From Planctomycetota bacterium (GTDB taxonomy: Bacteria; Planctomycetota; GCA-002687715; DRQF01): a stretch of DNA of 21,488 nucleotides. The notes beneath the pieces were generated by a model. It saw only the letters and a program-made list of their open reading frames with translations, did no database searches and was not told where the DNA came from. The stretch spans positions 1 through 21,488 of the forward strand of contig JAZGFI010000162.1 of assembly GCA_036479435.1 (NCBI GenBank), given 5' to 3'. Position numbers and translations under genes: made by a program. Positions 16,401-21,488 of this stretch are shown in pieces; position 1 is the first letter of the stretch, and every line of letters begins with the position of its first letter.

Positions 16401-16662
16401 ACACGCTCGGCAACTGCAACAAGTCGAGGGCGATCTCGCCGTTGCCCGAGGGGATCTCGAGCCGCGAAAAGGAAAAATGCGGGGCCGCCGCCCGATCTGA
16501 GGCATCGGCATACCAGCGATGAATCGACTGGAGTTCTATTAACGCCGCCGCTCGGCTCTGAGTGGCTTCAAGCCGCTCAAGTAGTGATTCCAAAGCGGCC
16601 ACCGTTGCGGCGCTAGAATCTCGAGTGCTTTGAATCCACTCATCAACTAAAAACCGGCTCAC
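13480..16662 (-). CDS. mmt: Full-length plant-type methionine S-methyltransferase (SAM-MT domain plus PLP aminotransferase-like domains)
   Basis: Blocks matching plant MMT as I recall it: PSVFAPEEWSFTFYEGL, GCGNGW, KVYGLDINPRA, LLDRCEFHVSDLL, RVVGCIPQ, SLSNYC, EDQFGLGL, FNMGGRPG, HRFEFF. C-terminal NPSG, DTIF and SKEFAAGGLRFG. GTG 16662 lies 6 nt after AAGGAGG (track uses TTG 16665). Confidence 0.93.
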   Translation of the reverse strand: MSRFLVDEWIQSTRDSSAATVAALESLLERLEATQSRAAALIELQSIHRWYADASDRAAAPHFSFSRLEIPSGNGEIALDLLQLPSVFAPEEWSFTFYEGLIRIPVTEFERMVVAESGCGNGWVSMALAQRTRPAKVYGLDINPRAILCARLNLFLNAYDDQGELRLDGEGKSLLDRCEFHVSDLLGHCIDHDIRLDRVVGCIPQVLSPDIQESLQALGDQASDEALLSLSNYCGRQGYVEDQFGLGLMARVLEESIEILRPQGRVVFNMGGRPGEAVLRRLFERRGFAVQKVWQTRVQQAGDTEIEALVEIENGSSHRFEFFSDLHSETPIDARCALAYARAGGDIFHAITVFGAQLRHPIDLRRIFSTLRKEPFRRVAGALDLSYEDAAKSEEKCSFLASLGETLEEDICFPYEDTAGSDELRRQLSDYFAHYFRAELAPTCFTTFPSRGYALLNLSTIYEPKRILCDQALLNGLPEDFVQRLATMGIELLEIPRGSDLVCALMEKLEPDMVITALASREVSSANAFRRLLESSERLNSRLIVDISESFELSSSPALDGVLKSLATGPLPSHVGITCALNRGQVYPALELSFLITENAALAQALIYAAELTYSRTPRLTQAYYERILADLSSFRLARLQAPGHRRLPQGELVSKDLPPACRRAFDHPALDSHRLTLGEATIRLDYGENALPSPARLRERILEAFARRHLSDEEADARPEVARFLERRLGLVLASPDEVVLGSGVAPLFAAMMRAARTEGARLLLPRGSYGYFAAVADFMGLPVDFVDTDVQHAFKLQTASLRKAVDGEAGDAKRWLYLNAPVVNPSGAVYGSGELSDLLKMAASLRITVVLDTIFSGLEFEPPALPVDLASTLKANPDLALIVLGGVSKEFAAGGLRFGYSWASSAVHCQALRAEAAYAPPHNTLTFAMHQFLGDVNRGDVNESALKATEKQREILASRAKRLVEKLRDRGWSPLPPEGGLFVMAHPSQLLGQTRSGLGPGGDETWVLNEDNIATALFYRTGLLVNGGRWTGLPGHCRFVLSVDEEEFERALTALDRF

Positions 16663-16877
16663 CAAAAACCTCCTTCAAGACGGTCACAGCATACCCTAGG
16701 CAAGTCTACTGCCTTCCAACGAGGAGAGTAGCGATGACGTTCCCGGCGGAGAAAAGACGAATTTTCTCTTGGCCGCAGCCGGATTTATTACGATGAGCGG
16801 AGCTGCTGGCACGCGCTGTCCACCCAATGGGGGGAGACGGTGCTCTCGAGCCCGGCTGGATTAAGGCGACGATACCC

Positions 16878-17852
16878 ATGATCTGGCGAACCGGAGTGAC
16901 AAGACGAGGACCGCTTTGCGACAAAGAAACGCAGGGGGGCAAGAGGCGTTTTGCTTTCACCTTGTTGGAGGACTTGGAGCGCAGTTTTCAAGGCGAAAGA
17001 GACGAGGCCTTGTTGGCTAGGATCTACAACCAACTGGTGGTGGGCGAAAAGATCTACAAGACAACGCGTCGCGGTCGCTTCAAGGATCTGGATGCGCGCC
17101 TTGCAGACGAAGTTGCCCAACGCATGCCGCATGTACGCCCCGTGCGCATCCACGATGTGGGAGCTTCCAGTGGGGTGACCAGCTTAGAACTTCAGTTACT
17201 TTTTGACGGGAGGCATCCCGTTGAGGTGCATGCAACGGATTTCTACGATCGACTCGTGGCCGTAAAGCCCCGCGCTTCGGTTTGGACCGTAGTTTTCGAT
17301 GTCGACGGCGAAGCGCTGCAATTTGTCAGTGGGAGCTTTGTGCTTTCGGCACAAGAAGGAGAATCGCGGAAACTTCCGATCAACCGTGCCTTGGCGGCTA
17401 GGGCAAAACAAAGAGTCTTGCTCAGGGCGCAGGCGCTCCGAGACGCGGTGCAACATCAAAATGGCGAGGGTGTGGTGCAATTAGATGATGGTGAGGTCCG
17501 GGTCATTCGCCTCGTCCATCCTGATGTGGCCGACCTTCTCAACTCTCACTCCGGCTTCACTTTTGGCCGCCATGATGTTTTCGAGCCGACCCCGACCACC
17601 TACGATGTGGTTCGTGCCGTCAATGTTTTGAATCCAGGTTACTTTGACGACGACCGCGTCCGCTCTGCGAGCCTTGCCGTCGCCAAGAGCTTGCGTTCAG
17701 AGGGCCTTTTTTTGGTGGGCCGTACGATCGACGAAGAGCAGCGACAAAACAGAGCAACTCTCTTTTTGAAAACCGAAGATCGATTCCTGCCTCTATGGGA
17801 CCACCAAGGGGGCGCTGAGAATCGCGAAGTCGTGCTGTCGCTTCAGTGGTGA
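16878..17852 (+). CDS. Class I SAM-dependent methyltransferase-like protein (CheR-like C-terminal motif)
   Basis: Motif I-like IHDVGASSG, HATD, and YDVVRAVNVL..YF..SLRSEGLFLVG. Start is uncertain (16878 or 16827). Confidence 0.7.
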   Translation: MIWRTGVTRRGPLCDKETQGGKRRFAFTLLEDLERSFQGERDEALLARIYNQLVVGEKIYKTTRRGRFKDLDARLADEVAQRMPHVRPVRIHDVGASSGVTSLELQLLFDGRHPVEVHATDFYDRLVAVKPRASVWTVVFDVDGEALQFVSGSFVLSAQEGESRKLPINRALAARAKQRVLLRAQALRDAVQHQNGEGVVQLDDGEVRVIRLVHPDVADLLNSHSGFTFGRHDVFEPTPTTYDVVRAVNVLNPGYFDDDRVRSASLAVAKSLRSEGLFLVGRTIDEEQRQNRATLFLKTEDRFLPLWDHQGGAENREVVLSLQW

Positions 17853-18071
17853 GCGGGGCCGCAACGAAGACGCCTTGGCTCAGCAGGACTTCTTCAGGCC
17901 CGCGAGGAACCGCGATGCGAGTGTCGCGAACGCCACCAAAGAACCTTCGCCCCTCAGCCGGTGCCGCGTGAGAGCAAGCTCGCAGCAAGCAAATCCCAGA
18001 AAATACTGTTGTTAATGCGCTAGCCCAACGCTTCAGATACTGAGGTAGCGATGCGACCTGGTCCCGGCCTT

Positions 18072-18097
18072 AGCCACTCCGCGACGGAGTGGCTTTT
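18072..18097 (+). terminator. Terminator-like hairpin just upstream of the PLD genes
   Basis: AGCCACTCCG-CGA-CGGAGTGGCT followed by TTT. Confidence 0.55.
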
Positions 18098-18112
18098 GGA
18101 TCGGGGGATTCT

Positions 18113-18413
18113 ATGAGCGGCGCCACGGTGGGCGTGGCCAACGTCGGGGTGCGGCTCTTGCCCACTCGCGGTCGCAGCCCGAGCGAGGGCCGAAAGCCTG
18201 AGGATTCCCAGCCGGGCGCTGATGGCTAATCCCGTGCGAGGGAGCCACGTGAAGATGGCGATTACCGAAAACATCGTCCATTTGGGTTCACACAATTGGT
18301 CACCTGGCGCCTTTAGTAGCCAAACGCAGGACTTCGTGGCCATCGAGTCCCAAGCGTTCTCCGCTTTGTTGGCGCAGCAATTCGAGTGGCAATGGAATCG
18401 AGCGGAGGGATAG
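18113..18413 (+). pseudogene. Internally deleted, frameshifted phospholipase D-family (single HKD) gene
   Basis: GGGGGA then ATG 18113 gives MSGATVGVANVGVRLLPTR in one frame. A different frame carries ..ARAESLRIPSRALMANPVRGSHVKMAITENIVHLGSHNWS..QFEWQW. Total 301 nt, too short for a PLD fold. Confidence 0.65.
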
Positions 18414-18415
18414 GC

Positions 18416-19283
18416 ATGTTCAGCTTCAAATGGGACGACTTCGCAGATGATGCTTTGCTTGACCGCGTTCGTTTGGCGTCTGGGCTCAGCGCTGCCACGG
18501 AGTTGTCCCACCTTCGCCCGCGGCTTAGGCGCATCCAAGGGTTTGGTGAGCAAGGTGCGAAAGAGCTTGCAAACGTCATCCGTTTCGATCGTGTCGAGGA
18601 TCTGGCCAGCGAGAAGTTGATGCTAAGTGAGGACTTCGCGAGCAACCTTCAAAGCCTGATGTCCGTCCAACCAGGCACGACCGAGATTGCCAAATTGGAG
18701 GGGGCCCTTTTGTCGGTTGCCGTCACCTGCGCGAGCGAACCGCACCCCTACGCGGAGGCGGGGATGCAACACCCGATGGGCCTTGCCGCTGCACCCGCGG
18801 GGGGCCAAACCGGCAGATGTCGGTCTTTTTTGGGGATCGGAATACTACCGGGCGCTTCCAGCCTTTTTTCAGGCGGCCACTTCTTCCATCGATGTCTGTA
18901 TGTTTCACATCGCGATGCCTGGTGATTCTCATCCAACGCGAAGCTTGCTCGACGAACTCATCGCGGCGAAAGGGCGAGGCGTGACCGTCCGCGTTCTGAT
19001 GGACGCGGATCGCCCCTCCGACCCCTATCTTTCGACCGTCATCAACGCCAACGCAAAAGAGTATCTATCGGCAGCAGGAATATCGCTGCGCTTAGATCCG
19101 GTCGGTACGCTTTTGCATTCGAAGTTCATCGTGATCGACCAGACTCGCGCGATCATCGGGAGCCACAACTGGTCCGCGGGTTCATATTTTCAATTTGATG
19201 ACCTCAGCGTTGTCATTTCATCTCAATCTCTGGCGACGACGCAGCTGGATCGTTTCGAGGTCTTGTGGGCGGCGGGCAACTGA
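18416..19283 (+). pseudogene. Frameshifted HhH + PLD/Nuc-like nuclease gene
   Basis: GGAGGG SD and ATG 18416; HhH-like RLRRIQGFGEQGAKELA. The +1 frame holds a complete PLD domain (EYYRAL..SIDVCMF..RGVTVRVLMD..HSKFIVID-x6-GSHN). Removing one G from G6 at 18799-18804 joins the two into 288 aa. Confidence 0.72.
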
Positions 19284-19317
19284 CCTGGGCGCCTCCAGAT
19301 CAAGTCTGCGAACGTAC

Positions 19318-20256
19318 TTAGGTGATCAACAGGGCCTGAATAAAGGCGCCGCTCGTCGTCAAGTCATCGTCGGAGATGGACCGGTACCTTGAAGCTAGGT
19401 CGGTGGGGATAAGTTTCGAAGGCGTCTTGATTTTCTTCTCACACACGATCTCAAAGCCCTCGTCCTTCATCATGGTGACGTGGGTTGAGTGCGGCTCTCG
19501 GTTCAAAAGGAATGGCCTTTTGCCTTTGATCAGCTTCCAGGTGAGTTTCGAGTAGGCCCAGTGACCATTCCATTCGTCGGCGGTGCAATGGCACTTATAA
19601 TCGATCTGGTGCGACATGTAGCCAGTTGGTTTCAGCCACAAGCGCATAGACTTGTAAGTGTTGCGCAGATCATCGACGTGCTCGAGAACGGCTTGGGAGT
19701 AAATCATATCGACGGACTCTCTTTCGAGAACGCCTGAGTCGTACCATGGGACTTTGTACTGGATGAGCGGATTTCCGGCCTGGGTGAGCTTGATGGCCTC
19801 TCTGATTTTCTCGAGGCGCGAAGGCTCCAGTGCTTGTTTCAGTCGGCTTTCGTCAAGAAAGTCGGCCGGGAAATCATAGTTGTCTAGATGGGGTCTGACT
19901 TTCGGAAATTCCTCGTCCCCGGGAATCGGCGTCCGGTTCCTAAAGAGCGTGACCAGTTCATCGAAAATCTTTAGGTTTGTTTCGGTATCGGCGTGGTGGA
20001 CGACATCAAAGGCAAAGTACTTGTCACATCCCGAAATGAGGGCGGCCAGTCCCATGCCCAGCGAATCTCCCGGGCCCAATTCAGCGACGACTTTCGGATG
20101 GGGGTTAAGACCATTGGTTTTGGCCATCACCAGGTGGCGCAGCCATACGGAATAGCAGTACTCGGCAGAGTCTGTCCCGCCCGTGCCTTTCGCATGATAG
20201 TGGCTCGCCCCCGGAATGTAGGTCGCGAGGCCATGGATAAGAAGCTTTAGTTTCAT
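19318..20256 (-). CDS. Class I SAM-dependent methyltransferase (Methyltransf_11/23-like)
   Basis: VAELGPGDSLG (motif I), AFDV, ESVDMIYSQAVLEHV, WLKPTG. Confidence 0.88.
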   Translation of the reverse strand: MKLKLLIHGLATYIPGASHYHAKGTGGTDSAEYCYSVWLRHLVMAKTNGLNPHPKVVAELGPGDSLGMGLAALISGCDKYFAFDVVHHADTETNLKIFDELVTLFRNRTPIPGDEEFPKVRPHLDNYDFPADFLDESRLKQALEPSRLEKIREAIKLTQAGNPLIQYKVPWYDSGVLERESVDMIYSQAVLEHVDDLRNTYKSMRLWLKPTGYMSHQIDYKCHCTADEWNGHWAYSKLTWKLIKGKRPFLLNREPHSTHVTMMKDEGFEIVCEKKIKTPSKLIPTDLASRYRSISDDDLTTSGAFIQALLIT

Positions 20257-20307
20257 GGCGTGGACTAACTCTTACTCTGCTGATTGCGATTTGACACTCG
20301 AGTTGGC

Positions 20308-20339
20308 GGCCCGCTTTCACGATTCAGTGAAAGCGGGCC
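20308..20339. other. GC-rich stem-loop downstream of the thioredoxin-like gene
   Basis: GGCCCGCTTTCAC-GATTCA-GTGAAAGCGGGCC, a 13-bp perfect stem with no clear U-tract. Confidence 0.6.
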
Positions 20340-20344
20340 AATCG

Positions 20345-20689
20345 TCAGGCCAGAAGCCTTTCGAGCCGATTTGTGAGGCGTTCGATCCCTGACCCCGCGA
20401 AATCTTTGACCTTTTCACCGTCCCGGTAGATGACGTTGAAGGGTAAGACGTCGACGTCCGCCAACCATGGGCTTTGCTTTTTGAAGTCGATCAGGCCGCG
20501 TTGGTCAAGGAGAAGCTTGCCAAAGCGTACCGAGTCAAAGGTGTTTTGCTCCGAGGTCAAAAAGGCCTTCAATTCCACCGTCCAGTCGCTGCAGGCCTGG
20601 CAGTCAGACTTGCCCAACATCAAGACGGCGGTCGGGGACTTCAAAAACTCCTCCCAATTGGAGGCGTCTAAGATCTCGAGGTCGCTCAT
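20345..20689 (-). CDS. Thioredoxin-like protein (CQAC)
   Basis: Trx-fold pattern: LDASNWEEFL, CQAC, cis-Pro loop VLPF, YRDGEKVKDFAG. Confidence 0.85.
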   Translation of the reverse strand: MSDLEILDASNWEEFLKSPTAVLMLGKSDCQACSDWTVELKAFLTSEQNTFDSVRFGKLLLDQRGLIDFKKQSPWLADVDVLPFNVIYRDGEKVKDFAGSGIERLTNRLERLLA

Positions 20690-21213
20690 TATCCGACGTA
20701 GTCCTCACCCTTGCTCCAGTCGGCGCCACAAAGGCCACCGGACTGCAAAGCCTGGACGGTGCGAAGGACCTCCGCCGGGCTGCGGCCGGCACTGAGGTCG
20801 TTGACCGAGACCGAGCGGACGATGCCCTCGTTGTCGACGATGACGGTGCCACGGAAAGCGATGCCCGCGTCTTCCTTCAAGATGCCGAAAGCGCGACTGA
20901 CTTCGTGGCTGGTGTCGGCGAGGACCGGGTGCGTGATGGTCGAACTGAAAGTCTTGCCGTCGTTGAACCAAGCTTGGTGGCTAAAAAAGGAATCAGTGCT
21001 GCAACCGATGATGTCGACGCCATCGTCTTTGAAGTCCCCAAGGCGTTCTTGGAAGCCGCGAATCTCGGTCGGGCAGATGAAGGTGAAATCGAGCGGGTAC
21101 CAGTAGAGAACGTGCCATTTGCCTTTGTAGTCGCCGCTGCTGATCTGGACGTCTTCATTGTTGAGGTAGGCGCCACATTTCCACTCGGGGGATTTTTGGC
21201 CGATGAGACTCAT
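20689..21213 (-). CDS. ahpC: Peroxiredoxin, AhpC/Prx1 typical 2-Cys type
   Basis: YPLDFTFICPTEI (peroxidatic Cys), STDS..H, GRSPAEVLR, and resolving-Cys region GGLCGADW; GGAG SD. Confidence 0.95.
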   Translation of the reverse strand: MSLIGQKSPEWKCGAYLNNEDVQISSGDYKGKWHVLYWYPLDFTFICPTEIRGFQERLGDFKDDGVDIIGCSTDSFFSHQAWFNDGKTFSSTITHPVLADTSHEVSRAFGILKEDAGIAFRGTVIVDNEGIVRSVSVNDLSAGRSPAEVLRTVQALQSGGLCGADWSKGEDYVG

Positions 21214-21488
21214 GAGAGTTTTCTCCGTCTTGAGGGTATTCGATCGAAATCAGGACCAGGCGCTGCGTGCGAACCACCTCGCTCGTGGTGCGGGAGCGGC
21301 TAGGACATCCTGTCCAATAGGTTAGGGTTTGGGCGGCTCAAATCAAGGCGACCACGGCCCTCCCAGCGATTCCGCATCTGCTGGTTCTCGCCATCCCTTC
21401 AGGCAAGGCCAACGAGCCTCAAAGGTGGTTTAGAGGCGGGGCGTAGGTTTGATGCGGAGAATAGCGCCTTCGAATTGCGAGTCTTGTT

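Noticed and set aside
18113..19283. Calling the PLD genes DISARM drmC or cardiolipin synthase
   Set aside because: No drmA/B/D or DNA methylase in the window, and no TM helices or two-HKD single chain as in cls.
21214..21488. OxyR/PerR box upstream of ahpC
   Set aside because: Only an isolated ATAG; no repeated ATAG-N7-CTAT pattern or AT-rich Per box.

Overview
GC-rich bacterial chromosomal segment, most likely Planctomycetota/PVC (inferred from an OmcB-like DUF11 lipoprotein and planctomycete-style secreted proteins). Left to right: a possible IS end truncating a NapH/MauN-like 4Fe-4S membrane protein; an Rrf2/IscR-like regulator with a 25-bp operator-like palindrome, divergent from a secreted YVTN beta-propeller/di-heme cytochrome c protein; a membrane-anchored hypothetical; a tandem-WHy/LEA2 lipoprotein and a large AsmA-like protein; an OmcB-like DUF11 lipoprotein; a full-length plant-type methionine S-methyltransferase with an apparently intact PLP aminotransferase C-terminal domain; a divergent SAM-methyltransferase-like gene; a disrupted pair of PLD (HKD) nuclease-like genes, one with an HhH motif; another SAM methyltransferase; and a translationally coupled ahpC-thioredoxin-like pair. 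I saw no rRNA, tRNA or CRISPR array. Most interesting are the plant-type MMT, the Rrf2/di-heme/ferredoxin module and the broken PLD pair. All family assignments come from motif recognition by eye, not database searches.
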